A stretch of DNA of 64,000 nucleotides, taken from NCBI GenBank assembly GCA_965248755.1, contig OZ252149.1:992001-1056000 (forward strand), read 5' to 3'. Below, piece after piece: positions 52,899 to 62,738 of the stretch (the stretch's first letter is position 1; each line of letters opens with the position of its first letter). The notes beneath the pieces are model-generated. The model was not told the DNA's origin, ran no database searches, and worked only from the letters and a program-made list of their open reading frames with translations. The position numbers and the translations under genes are program-made. The stretch comes from Candidatus Latescibacterota bacterium. Lineage in GTDB: Bacteria; Latescibacterota; CBDEFO01.

Positions 52899-53105
52899 AT
52901 GATGGCTGCGACATCTGTAACTATAAGACTTAAAGATGAGACTAATAGCTCCATTGAAAAGCTCGTCACAGAGGCTATCAACAGGACGGTAGTAGTGAAC
53001 GCAGCTCTAAATCACTTTGTGAGCCTGCCTTACAGGGACCAGAAAACCATCATTGTGGACTACGTCTACAAAGAGCCTGAGATAGAGTCTCTGGCAAGCG
53101 ATTAG
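52899..53105 (+). CDS. Ribbon-helix-helix-like small protein
   Basis: AAGGAGA then ATG; SVTIRL beta-strand followed by two helices; promoter TTGATA-17 bp-TACATT at 52833..52861. Confidence 0.6.
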   Translation: MMAATSVTIRLKDETNSSIEKLVTEAINRTVVVNAALNHFVSLPYRDQKTIIVDYVYKEPEIESLASD

Positions 53106-53109
53106 AGTT

Positions 53110-53282
53110 AGCGGAACACAGGCCACCAAGATAAGCGTTCCAAGGAGATGTCTCCATTGTTGATGACAGTGCGCCCAATACCAGGGCACGAAAATACTGT
53201 CACCATCCCGGATAGAATGTTCCTGATGATTTATGATGAGAGTTCCTACACCATCGGATGAAAAATAACTCCTGAACCTCAA
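53110..53282 (-). pseudogene. Possible cupin-domain gene remnant
   Basis: GVGTLIINHQEHSIRDGDSIFVP resembles a cupin G-x-G...GD.IFVP segment; no convincing start. Confidence 0.4.
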
Positions 53283-53294
53283 CTCTACGTAAAT

Positions 53295-53508
53295 GCCCGG
53301 ACGCTCGGGAAGAGCGATGCGCCCTCGAAGAAAACAGGACCGTAAAGCAGTTGTCGGGATTATGCTCCGCCCGGGCCCTTTCTAACTCTCCGGGTCGCTT
53401 TCAGCCACCGCTGCAAGGTATACTTCATTTTGCGCTTTGCCATCTTAGAGTGCGACTGAGCTGCCCGCCTGCTCCGACGCAGCCGCTGTCAGCTTGTCCA
53501 TCCGGGAC
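53295..53508 (-). ncRNA. Candidate ~215 nt structured ncRNA of unknown class
   Basis: Nested 5'/3' helices with many G-U pairs that work only on the minus strand; promoter TTGACT-17 bp-TATCAT at 53553..53581; no ORF. Confidence 0.55.
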
Positions 53509-53734
53509 TCGAAAGTTTTACGATCAATGATGAACAAGCACATTTGGAGGCAATGATATTAAATGAGGGTGCGAAAGTCAAGGATATTGTTCTGCAAAAT
53601 CCCGGTACAACGCGAAAACTGGGAAATCGATTGAAATTGGGTGAATTTTAGCGGAAAGATGGATAGCGTGGAGATAAAACCCGTTCGGCAAGGTTTTGAA
53701 GAAGATATTGTCACAGAAAGGTAAAAGATGCCTT

Positions 53735-56700
53735 TCAGGCAGCATTCACCCCATCTCTATTGAGGTCGAGTCTGACGGAGACGAGCTGAGACACTCCCGG
53801 TTCTCCCATAGTTACGCCGTGCAGACAGTCCGACGCCTCCATGGTGCGTTTGTTATGAGTCACGATTACAAATTGCGTTCTGTCTGAGAATTTGCGTATG
53901 ACCCTAATGAACCTTTCGATATTAGCGTCATCTAATGGAGCATCCACCTCGTCGAGTATGCACAACGGGCTGGGCTTGACCAGGTAGATGGAAAAGATGA
54001 GGGCTATGGCGGTCAGTGTCTTCTCACCGCCTGACATAAGGTTTATAGACTGGAGCCTCTTGCCCTGTGGCCGGGCAACGATGTTAATCTCGGACTCCAG
54101 GGGATCATCGCCTTCGGATAGGATCAAATCGGCCTGGCCCCCTTCGAAGAACTCCACGAACGTCTTTCGAAAATTGGCTGCCACCTTTGAAAACGTCTCG
54201 ATAAACATGCTCCTTGCGGTGCTGTCTATCTTGGCAATAGTCTTTTTCAGATCATCCTCCGCCTCCAAAAGATCGTCTCTTTGACCGGAGAGGAATTCAT
54301 ACCGCTCCGTTCCTCTTTCATATTCCTCAATAGCCCCTATATTGACTGGTCCGAGGCTCCTTATCCTCCCCTGTGTCTCCTCTATTTGCATCTGGGCAAG
54401 TTCAGGGTTGAACTCTTCCTCCAAAGGTTCTACCTCCACCACGTCAACTCCGTATCTGTCTCTTAAGTTCTGTCTTACTATGCCGGCTCTGGACGTAAGC
54501 TGTGAATGCTCAAACTGGAGATCTGAAAGGTTTTCCCTGCGCTCGTCCTGCACTCTCCTCTTAGCCCTTATCTCATTCTCTAATTCTCTTTCTTTGACCT
54601 CTAGTTCGTGATATTCCGAATCTTTTGTGTCCCTGTCCTTTTCTATCTGGGATCTTTGGGAATAGAGATGTTCAAGCTCATCTTGGTCCCTGTCTTTTTG
54701 AGCTTTGAGCCTATCGAGTTCCTCACCGGCCTTTTCGGATTGGGCTTTGGAGTCCGACAGGGTCTTCTCAAGTTCGTCTGTCTGTATGTTACATCTCTTC
54801 ACATCCGACGAGAATCCCCGCAAACGCTCCTCAAGCGAGGTCATCTTTCGTCTCAGTTCGTGGACTCCCTCAGCCTTTTGGTTCCTGTTCTCCTCCAGAG
54901 TGCGCAAAGCCCGTTCGTACTCACCTGAGGATTGACTCAGTTCCTCTTTTTGCCCTTCGAGTCTTTTTATCTCCAATGCTTGATTTTCTATATCCTCCAG
55001 AAGCTGTTCGGATCTTTCTTTAAGCTCTAAGGTCTCCTTTGAAATGGACTCCAACCTGGCCTGCAACCTTTTTATGTCAGATCTACTTTGAGCCTCCTGT
55101 TGTTTGAACTCGGACAGCTTATCTCTGAGCTCTAATAGGCTATCCAAGGCATTTGACAGGCTAGCTGAGATTGCCGAGATACGAGCCTCCGATCCCGCCA
55201 TCTGCTCTGAGAGGCGATTTAGGTTTATGCCCTCTTCCTCAATCTGTGCCTGTATGACCTCTATCTGCTCCGTCCTGCCTATAAGGCTCATATCTACCTC
55301 TGTCGGATTACCTCCTGTTATCTGGCCCGACGGTTCGACTATGTCTCCCTCGATCGTAACGAATCTTGTGGAATTACCGTTCTCTAAGGAGCAGGAAAGG
55401 GCCGTCTTCAGGTCTTCCACCACAACTGTTTTTCCCAACAGGAGGCGGACAATGGGGGCAAGCTCATCATCGAACCTGACAAGATCGACAGCTTTACGGA
55501 GTCGCCCCCGATTTAATCGGGGGTCGACCTTTTCTTCGGATCCCCTTCTTGTCAGGGGCTTTTGGCTGGACTCGTTTTGCTCTTTGTCATCTTTAAACTC
55601 CCGATCGAATCTATCGTGGATCACTCTGTCCATCGGAAGAAACGTGGCTCTCCCTCCCTCCTGTTCCTTCAAGAACGAGATCGAACCTGTGGCTGTCTCC
55701 ATCTTGTCCGTCACCAGATACTCCAGTGACTGCCCCAAAGCCGCCTCTATAGCCTTGGCGTATTTCTCCTGCGTGTGAAGCAGATCTGCTAAAGTTCCCC
55801 TTATCTGGTCTTTATAGGGAGAGCTTAATATCAGGGTCCTTACGCTCTCTGAATATCCCTCATACGACTCCCTTATCTTTTCCAGGAGCGCCAGAGCCGC
55901 CCTTTTGGCCTCTATCTTCCCTTTAACATCTGATAGCTGCTCCCTGATCGAATCTAATCTTTTCCTCTCCCCCTCAAGTTCCCCTTCAAGAGTCACTTTT
56001 TCGCGGCTGATCTTTTGGATAGCCTCGTGTGTTTCTCGATTAGCTTCAAGGGCATCCTGCTCTCTTTTTAAAGCATCTTTAAGCTCTGATTGAGCGCCAC
56101 ACTCCTCTTCGAGCAGTTTCTCCAGACGAGAGAGGATATTGTCCTTGTGGGCTTTATCCCTTTCAATGGCTCCCCTGTTCTGAGACTCAGAGCGGAAAAG
56201 CTGGATCAGTTTTTCTTTGTGAACCTCGAGTTCAGACCTCTTTTCCGAGTAGGAGCGATCCAGCCTTGCCAATTCCTCCTCTTGGACATTGAGGCTATCT
56301 TTGATCGATAGATAGTCCGCCTTGACTCTTGTTTTACTCTCTTCGGCTTTTTCACTTTCTCTTCTGGTTTGATCTAACTTTCGAGTCGCCTCGGCGACCT
56401 CCAGCCCAAGCCGCTCGATGTCCTTTGTCAGGCTCTCCATCCTTGCTTGGGCCTTTATCACCTCTTCGCTTTTTCGTTGGATAAGCTCCATCTGGCTGTT
56501 GAGAACTTGTGCTGTTCGAGAGCGCTCTTTGTCCTTCTCGATAAGATTGAGTCTTATTCTCTCAATCTGGGACTCCATCAGGGAAAGTCCAGACGCGTCT
56601 TCCTCTATCTCCACTCTAAGTTTTTCTATCTGATCTGCCAAGGGACGTATCCTTGTCTCCAGATGATAGTAATTATGCCGACCTAAGGAGATCTCTGATT

Positions 56701-57370
56701 CCTTTAACTTTTCCTGATACGCCTGATATCTTCTGGCTTTGCCGACCTGTCTTCTAAGATAGGCTACCTGATTTTCCACCTCCGCTATGATGTCTCCTAT
56801 CCTTAGAACGTCCTGCTGTGTGGATGTCAGCTTGTTCCAGGTCGCCTTGCGGCGCACCTTGTACTTTGTTATGCCCGCTACCTCCTCAAACAGACGTCTC
56901 CTGTCCTCCGTGCTATTTCCGATAATGGCCTCAACCATGTTCTGCTCCATAACGGTGTAGGCGTGTGGCCCCATCCCTGTATCCATAAAGAGGTTATTTA
57001 CATCCATCAACCTGCACGGGACCTTATTAAGCAGATAATCGCTCTGACCTGACCCGAAGATCCTGCGTGTGATCTGAACTTCGCTAAACTCTATTGGCAA
57101 AATATTCTTGGTGTTCTGGATGGTAAGCGTAACTTCCGACATTCCCAGCGGTTTTCTGGTCTTACTGCCGCAGAATATTACATCCTCCATCCTATCGCTC
57201 CTTAGCAAGCTCGGTCTCTGCTCGCCTAAAGCCCACCTTATGGCATCCACCACGTTTGTCTTGCCGCACCCATTGGGGCCAACTATAGACGTGATCCCGT
57301 CTCCCAAGTCCAAAGTGATCTTATCAGCAAAGGACTTAAAGCCGAATATTTCAAGACGGTGTAGATACAC
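53735..57370 (-). CDS. smc: Chromosome segregation protein SMC
   Basis: GFKSF, GPNGCGKTN, hinge GRATFLP, MSGGEKTL and LDEVDAPLD motifs. Confidence 0.98.
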   Translation of the reverse strand: MYLHRLEIFGFKSFADKITLDLGDGITSIVGPNGCGKTNVVDAIRWALGEQRPSLLRSDRMEDVIFCGSKTRKPLGMSEVTLTIQNTKNILPIEFSEVQITRRIFGSGQSDYLLNKVPCRLMDVNNLFMDTGMGPHAYTVMEQNMVEAIIGNSTEDRRRLFEEVAGITKYKVRRKATWNKLTSTQQDVLRIGDIIAEVENQVAYLRRQVGKARRYQAYQEKLKESEISLGRHNYYHLETRIRPLADQIEKLRVEIEEDASGLSLMESQIERIRLNLIEKDKERSRTAQVLNSQMELIQRKSEEVIKAQARMESLTKDIERLGLEVAEATRKLDQTRRESEKAEESKTRVKADYLSIKDSLNVQEEELARLDRSYSEKRSELEVHKEKLIQLFRSESQNRGAIERDKAHKDNILSRLEKLLEEECGAQSELKDALKREQDALEANRETHEAIQKISREKVTLEGELEGERKRLDSIREQLSDVKGKIEAKRAALALLEKIRESYEGYSESVRTLILSSPYKDQIRGTLADLLHTQEKYAKAIEAALGQSLEYLVTDKMETATGSISFLKEQEGGRATFLPMDRVIHDRFDREFKDDKEQNESSQKPLTRRGSEEKVDPRLNRGRLRKAVDLVRFDDELAPIVRLLLGKTVVVEDLKTALSCSLENGNSTRFVTIEGDIVEPSGQITGGNPTEVDMSLIGRTEQIEVIQAQIEEEGINLNRLSEQMAGSEARISAISASLSNALDSLLELRDKLSEFKQQEAQSRSDIKRLQARLESISKETLELKERSEQLLEDIENQALEIKRLEGQKEELSQSSGEYERALRTLEENRNQKAEGVHELRRKMTSLEERLRGFSSDVKRCNIQTDELEKTLSDSKAQSEKAGEELDRLKAQKDRDQDELEHLYSQRSQIEKDRDTKDSEYHELEVKERELENEIRAKRRVQDERRENLSDLQFEHSQLTSRAGIVRQNLRDRYGVDVVEVEPLEEEFNPELAQMQIEETQGRIRSLGPVNIGAIEEYERGTERYEFLSGQRDDLLEAEDDLKKTIAKIDSTARSMFIETFSKVAANFRKTFVEFFEGGQADLILSEGDDPLESEINIVARPQGKRLQSINLMSGGEKTLTAIALIFSIYLVKPSPLCILDEVDAPLDDANIERFIRVIRKFSDRTQFVIVTHNKRTMEASDCLHGVTMGEPGVSQLVSVRLDLNRDGVNAA

Positions 57371-57453
57371 TAAACGCTTCCCTTTCTATTTCTCCCCTTT
57401 TGGCAGAGAAGAGATCTGTCCTTACTATATCAATATCTTGTATGCTGAAACGT

Positions 57454-57482
57454 AATATACAATATATAGTATTAGTAGTCAA
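57454..57482 (-). promoter_or_regulatory. Sigma70-type promoter of smc
   Basis: TTGACT-17 bp-TATATT. Confidence 0.6.
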
Positions 57483-57668
57483 GAAAAAAATTCTCAAGCG
57501 CTTTGAAAAACATCCGTTTTGCGAAAAGAGTTTGTATAAAAGTATATCGTTATTTATATTATATTTCAAGTCGAATCGAGTCGTTTCGGCATGTCTTACA
57601 GGTAAAGAAATGCAGACAGAAGCAGGTAAGTATAGCATAATTACAAATCTCACGTAATCGGAGGCAAA

Positions 57669-58547
57669 ATGGACCGAGCATCAAAGCTCAGAGAATTGAT
57701 CGAACGTCCGGGGACGACCATCCTGCCGGGCGTCTTCGACGCAGTCTCAGCCAAGTTAGTGGAACAGATCGGTTTTGAGGTAGTTTTCACGAGTGGGTTC
57801 GGAATTTCAGGTACTACCTTAGGGATGCCGGACATGGGTCTTCTGACGATGACGGAGACCCTGGAGCGCGTCAGGAAGATCGTTGGAGCTGTGGACCTGC
57901 CTTTAGTGGCGGATGTGGACACAGGCTATGGCAATCCCTTAAACGTTATGCGGACAGTTAGGGAATGCGTTGAGATGGGGGTAGCAGGAATTATACTGGA
58001 AGACCAGGAATGGCCCAAGAAGTGCGGCCACTTTGAGGGCAAACGCGTAATCCCGTGTGACGAGAAGATACAGAAGGTCAAAGCGGCTGTAGAAGCCAGA
58101 GGGGATAAAGACCTTGTGATCATAGGACGCACCGACGCCCGCGCCCCGCTCGGTCTGGACGAAGCTGTAGAGAGGGGCATTGCCTACTTCAAGGCGGGGG
58201 TTGACGTGGTCTTCGTCGAAGCTCCTCAGTCTGTGGATGAACTGAAGAGAATTTCAGAGAAAATAGACGCGCCACTATTTGCCAATATGATAGAAGGAGG
58301 CAAGACCCCGTTTCTCTCCAGAGTGGAGCTGGAAGATTTAGGCTACAAGCTTGTGGTCTATCCTCTGTCCGCCCTTTTTGCTGCGACAAAGGCTATGGCA
58401 GATGTGTTTCAGAAGTTGAAGGACGATGGCACGACAGCAGGATTTGAACCTATGGTCTCCTTCCACGAATTTGAGGAGATTATCGGAGTGCCAAGATACA
58501 GGGAGATTGAGAGCAGGTTTGTCACGGGCGAAAGGGACGCTGTCTGA
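57669..58547 (+). CDS. Isocitrate lyase/PEP mutase family protein (methylisocitrate lyase-like)
   Basis: DVDTGYG, LEDQEWPKKCGH, RTDA and NMIEGGKTP motifs. Confidence 0.92.
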   Translation: MDRASKLRELIERPGTTILPGVFDAVSAKLVEQIGFEVVFTSGFGISGTTLGMPDMGLLTMTETLERVRKIVGAVDLPLVADVDTGYGNPLNVMRTVRECVEMGVAGIILEDQEWPKKCGHFEGKRVIPCDEKIQKVKAAVEARGDKDLVIIGRTDARAPLGLDEAVERGIAYFKAGVDVVFVEAPQSVDELKRISEKIDAPLFANMIEGGKTPFLSRVELEDLGYKLVVYPLSALFAATKAMADVFQKLKDDGTTAGFEPMVSFHEFEEIIGVPRYREIESRFVTGERDAV

Positions 58548-58692
58548 AGGGATTGCTTCGGGGCGCCCGCCCCGAAGCAATCTGGTGAGACAGGAGGCAA
58601 ATCCACCGTCAGTGGTCATGACCGGCACTGGCTGATGAAAAGCCTACCCTCGGATAGACGATTTTGCAGTAAAAAAAAGGACTTGACCCCAA

Positions 58693-59655
58693 ATGTTAGA
58701 AATGCTTATATGGATTATAGTTTTTGTGGTAAGTTTATCTGTTTTAATTAAAGCTTCAGATTATTTTACACGCTCAGCTGAAAACATAGGTTTATACTTT
58801 GGAATACCTGCTTTTATTGTTGGAGTTACTATTGTGGCTATAGGTACTTCCCTTCCAGAACTTATCTCTTCTATTTTTGCTGTCTTAAGTAATTCGTCAG
58901 AAATTGTTGTAGGTAATGTAGTCGGTTCAAATATAGCAAATATATTCTTTGTTTTAGGTATTACCGCTATTGTTGGAAAAAGATTGAAAATTACCTATGA
59001 GCTCATTCATGTTGATCTGCCCCTATTAATTGGTTCTGCATTCTTATTTGCTGTAATAATTTGGGATGGTGTTTCTACTTTGCCAGAGACTTTGCTGTTA
59101 ATCTTAGGCATCTTTATTTATTTTTTCTATACTGCAAGTTCGGAAAAAAATCATAAAAATGTTGAGATAAAAAAGGAAATGAAAGAAGAGCTTAGAATTA
59201 GAAAAAAGTTAGACGCAAAAACTATTGTCATAATTTTTGTCAGTGCATGTTTTATTTGTATTGGTGCAAGGTACACTATTGAGTCTGTAATAAAACTATC
59301 AGAAATATTTAACTTGGGAAAAGATATAATAGCGGCAAGTGCTGTGGCTTTAGGTACTTCGTTGCCTGAATTGACTGTATGCATTATAGCAGTAAGAAAG
59401 GGGAAACCAGAAATAGCTGTTGGAAATGTGCTCGGCTCAAATATGTTTAATACGTTTGCAGTAATGGGAATACCAGCATTATTTGGAACTTTAATTATCC
59501 CTCAAAGCATATTGACTTTCGGCTTACCAATGATGCTGATAGCAACATTGTTATTTTTCTTCATAACCCAAGATAAAGAGATTACAAAATGGGAAGGATG
59601 GCTACTCATAATGTTCTACATTTTTTTTATAGGAAAATTGTTTAAATTACTGTAA
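58693..59655 (+). CDS. Ca2+/Na+ antiporter (YrbG/CaCA family)
   Basis: Two GTSLPE...GN..GSN alpha repeats; very AT-rich. Confidence 0.95.
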   Translation: MLEMLIWIIVFVVSLSVLIKASDYFTRSAENIGLYFGIPAFIVGVTIVAIGTSLPELISSIFAVLSNSSEIVVGNVVGSNIANIFFVLGITAIVGKRLKITYELIHVDLPLLIGSAFLFAVIIWDGVSTLPETLLLILGIFIYFFYTASSEKNHKNVEIKKEMKEELRIRKKLDAKTIVIIFVSACFICIGARYTIESVIKLSEIFNLGKDIIAASAVALGTSLPELTVCIIAVRKGKPEIAVGNVLGSNMFNTFAVMGIPALFGTLIIPQSILTFGLPMMLIATLLFFFITQDKEITKWEGWLLIMFYIFFIGKLFKLL

Positions 59656-59665
59656 ATTATTAATG

Positions 59666-59922
59666 TAACTCAAGTTGTGACCTGCAAGGAGTTAATGCTG
59701 TAAGCCATAAATAACCTTTAATTCGAAAGCCTTCGGCGGTTACCGCATGAATGAATATGTTTAGACAAAAGACACTCTTACCAAGGCAGTTGTCATGATC
59801 TCGGCATCATTGACCTTGCATTGGGGTTTTCTCGGTGATTGAGGCTCTCTTAGCAACTCGTCGCGCAGGCAATAGGTCGTAATGATCTTTACCTATTTAG
59901 CAATACATCACAACTTAGGTTA
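59666..59922 (-). mobile_element. Internally deleted IS982-family-like element (MITE-like remnant)
   Basis: Terminal IRs TAACTCAAGTTGTGA / TCACAACTTAGGTTA (13/15). Frameshifted transposase N-terminus (IITTYCL.DELL..NHRENP.CKVNDAEIMTTALV) joined to C-terminus (IHAVTAEGF..K...MAYSINSLQVTT*). Confidence 0.75.
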
Positions 59923-60085
59923 TAGTATCCTCACCTCCGAAAATAGATCCGCCACGCGAAAGCCTTGATGGCGTCGTATCGAACGCGTCCCAATAGACGG
60001 TAGGCCAAACCTTCCCAATTGTCGCTCTTGCGGAGAATCCACAACAACATTTTCTTTGTTAGTGACAACTCCCTTTTGCCACTTT

Positions 60086-62506
60086 TCATAAATCTATCTG
60101 AACAATTGTCACACCGTCCCCGCCTTCTTCCCATGCTCCGGGCCTTTTGGACTTTACTCTCGGATGCTTTTCCAAGAAAGCGTTCAACTTGGTCCGCAAT
60201 GCGCCTGTCCCCTTCCCGTGAATGATCGATACCTGCCTTAATCCTTTCAGAAATGCATCGTCCAGATACTTATCCACCACCTCCGACGCGTCGTCGAAGG
60301 TCATGCGTCTGACTGTTACTTTGTCCGAGATATTCGATGAAGCTACCAGCTTCACTCCAGCAGGAGCGGATTTAGACACATTCTGCTCACAGAGTCGCGC
60401 CCGATTAAATCGGGGATCGGCCTTACCGCCGTCGCCTTTTGACAAAACCTTCAAGTGTGAAGTAGGGATTTCAACTCTGATTTTACCTACATCAACGTTC
60501 GCCTTATCAGAGTCTGTTAAGGATACAACTACCCCTTCTCTTTCAAAACTGTCAACCCACACAGTATCTCCAACCTGGACCTTTCCTCTGTCCATCTTGG
60601 CACTGGTATAGTCCTTCAAACTCTTGTCTACCTGCTCAACTGCATCTTTTATGACCCCTCTGGCTTCCTTTATCGCCTGTGTGCTGGCCTTTTGGGATCT
60701 TATCTCGGCTACAGTCCTTTCCACCAAAGCCTTAGCCTGATTCAAAATTCTTCTGGATTCCTCAAGAGCTTCCTTCTGGATACTTCTGCTCTCCCGCTTC
60801 ACATCCTGGAGCTTATCTTCGTACTCGGACTCCATCCTTTTGGCTTCGCTTAGAGCCTTTTGTAACTCTATGTTATTTCTCTGGTAATCGAGTCTTTGAC
60901 GGTCCAGCTCGACGATTAAGTCCTCCATACTCCTGACCACGCCGCCTGTAATTGAGGCGGCTTCTTCCACTACATCCTCCGGCATTCCCAGTCTTCTGGC
61001 TATCTCGAACGCATAGCTGCTCCCCGGAGTTCCAATCCTCAGAACGAACGTCGGCTCTATCGTCTCAGGATCGAACACCATCGAAGCGTTCTCCATGTTG
61101 TCCTTTTGATGTGCAAATAGCTTCAAAGTTCCATGATGGGTTGTAGCTACTGTCTTTGCACGCTTTCGGGACAGAGTTTCAAGGACAGCCATTGCCAGGG
61201 ACGCCCCTTCGTCGGGGTCGGTGCTTGCACCTATCTCGTCGAGGAGCACTAAGCTATCCCTGTCCGACTCGTTGCAAACCTTTACTAACTGTCGGACGTG
61301 AGACGAGAATGTGGAAAGATCGTCCTCAATCGACTGCTCGTCCCCTACGTCTGCATAGACCTTCTTAAAGACGCACAGCTCAGATTTTGGATTTGCCGGG
61401 ATGTGTAGACCGCATTGAGTCATCAGTGTCAAGAGTCCAACCGTTTTTAAGGCCACCGTCTTCCCGCCTGCGTTCGGACCTGTTATAATCAGTGTATTGA
61501 ACTTATCTCCTAAGCTTATATCCAGAGAGACGATTCTCTGTGGATCTTCTACTGTTTTCTGCCTTAATCTCCTTTCCAGGATAGGATGCCTTGCACCCAT
61601 GAGGACGATCCTTCCTTCATCGTTCAGTAGTGGTTCTGTCCCTTTGAAGTCCAAGGAAAAACTCGCTTTAGAGAAGAAACCGTCTAACTTCCCTAAAGCT
61701 CCCAAGGACCGGGAAATATCATCTTTTACCTTTCTCACTTCCTGCGTAAGCTCTCTTAGTATCCTTTCGACTTCCCTTTTTTCCTCGATCTGCAGCTGAC
61801 GGAGTTCGTTGTTAAGTTCCAGAGTTTCTAAAGGTTCTACAAACACCGTCGCTCCACTTGCGGACTGATCGTGGATGATCCCCTCGACTTTGCCCCTTTG
61901 CCTCTCCCTTATGGGGATCACAAATCTATTGTCCCTTATTGTCACCAACCTCTCCTGAATCACTGAGCTTGGAAGTCTCTCTATCATCTTGTCCAGCTCG
62001 CCCCTTATATCGTCCCCTACTTGCGATGTCCTTCTCCTGATCTCCTTTAGCCGTCTGCTGGCTGAAGTCTTGACGAGGCCCTTCTCATCTATTACTCTAT
62101 CTATCTCATTTTCCAGTACCTGTGAGTCTATCAACATACGTGCAAGATCAAACAAGGACGGACAAGTTTCTTTTCGCTTCTCAAGATAACGTTTGAGATG
62201 CCTCGAAGCCGAAAGCGTCTCCTTTATGTTCAGAAAGTCATCGGTGTTCAGCATCGAGCCTTCGATCGATGATTTATCTATAGCTTCGCGCACATCCCTA
62301 ATCCCGCCCATAGGCACGGGATCGTCGAACGCTATGAGATCGACAAGTTCCGATACCGTCTTGAGTCTACCCCTTATCTCGCCAAGATCCTCTAAAGGAT
62401 GCATCCCTGCTATCTCATCTTCCCCCAGAGCAGATACGGCGTAGGAGGAGATCATCGCTTTGACCTTCTCGAACTCTAAGACCTGCAAGGTATGTTCATC
62501 GATCAT
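60086..62506 (-). CDS. mutS2: Endonuclease MutS2
   Basis: TGPNAGGKT, LSTFSSH, LLDEIG and TTHH motifs; Smr domain IIHGKGTG; likely start ATG 62506. Confidence 0.96.
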   Translation of the reverse strand: MIDEHTLQVLEFEKVKAMISSYAVSALGEDEIAGMHPLEDLGEIRGRLKTVSELVDLIAFDDPVPMGGIRDVREAIDKSSIEGSMLNTDDFLNIKETLSASRHLKRYLEKRKETCPSLFDLARMLIDSQVLENEIDRVIDEKGLVKTSASRRLKEIRRRTSQVGDDIRGELDKMIERLPSSVIQERLVTIRDNRFVIPIRERQRGKVEGIIHDQSASGATVFVEPLETLELNNELRQLQIEEKREVERILRELTQEVRKVKDDISRSLGALGKLDGFFSKASFSLDFKGTEPLLNDEGRIVLMGARHPILERRLRQKTVEDPQRIVSLDISLGDKFNTLIITGPNAGGKTVALKTVGLLTLMTQCGLHIPANPKSELCVFKKVYADVGDEQSIEDDLSTFSSHVRQLVKVCNESDRDSLVLLDEIGASTDPDEGASLAMAVLETLSRKRAKTVATTHHGTLKLFAHQKDNMENASMVFDPETIEPTFVLRIGTPGSSYAFEIARRLGMPEDVVEEAASITGGVVRSMEDLIVELDRQRLDYQRNNIELQKALSEAKRMESEYEDKLQDVKRESRSIQKEALEESRRILNQAKALVERTVAEIRSQKASTQAIKEARGVIKDAVEQVDKSLKDYTSAKMDRGKVQVGDTVWVDSFEREGVVVSLTDSDKANVDVGKIRVEIPTSHLKVLSKGDGGKADPRFNRARLCEQNVSKSAPAGVKLVASSNISDKVTVRRMTFDDASEVVDKYLDDAFLKGLRQVSIIHGKGTGALRTKLNAFLEKHPRVKSKRPGAWEEGGDGVTIVQIDL

Positions 62507-62659
62507 GGCATTGATCGTCTGAAAATGAGAAATGTCCAGCGCTGTTGACAGTTCGACAGAAACGATACAATAACTTTCCAAGCTTTTAATAATAACAAAT
62601 TTAAGGCTCAAAATCAACTGATTTTTGGGAATTGCTTCAAGTTAGGAAAGATAAAGATC

Positions 62660-62738
62660 GAGATTGCTTCAATGCGCTCACAATGACCAAGTAAAGAGAA
62701 GCAAGTCATTGCGAGTTGCAAAGTTCTGAAGCAATCTC
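62660..62738. repeat. Inverted REP pair
   Basis: GAGATTGCTTC..CAATGAC / GTCATTGCGAG..GAAGCAATCTC; further units at 38263..38290 and 58550..58583. Confidence 0.75.

Noticed and set aside
53295..53508. Assignment of the structured RNA as SRP RNA, tmRNA or RNase P
   Set aside because: Diagnostic motifs (CAGG..GGAA..AGCAG; GGGG 5' end with T-arm and CCA; GAGGAAAGUCC) are absent.
59931..60089. Small ORF after mutS2 (MKSGKRELSLTKKMLLW...)
   Set aside because: It overlaps the mutS2 stop but has no recognisable motif and abuts the IS remnant, so there is too little support to call.
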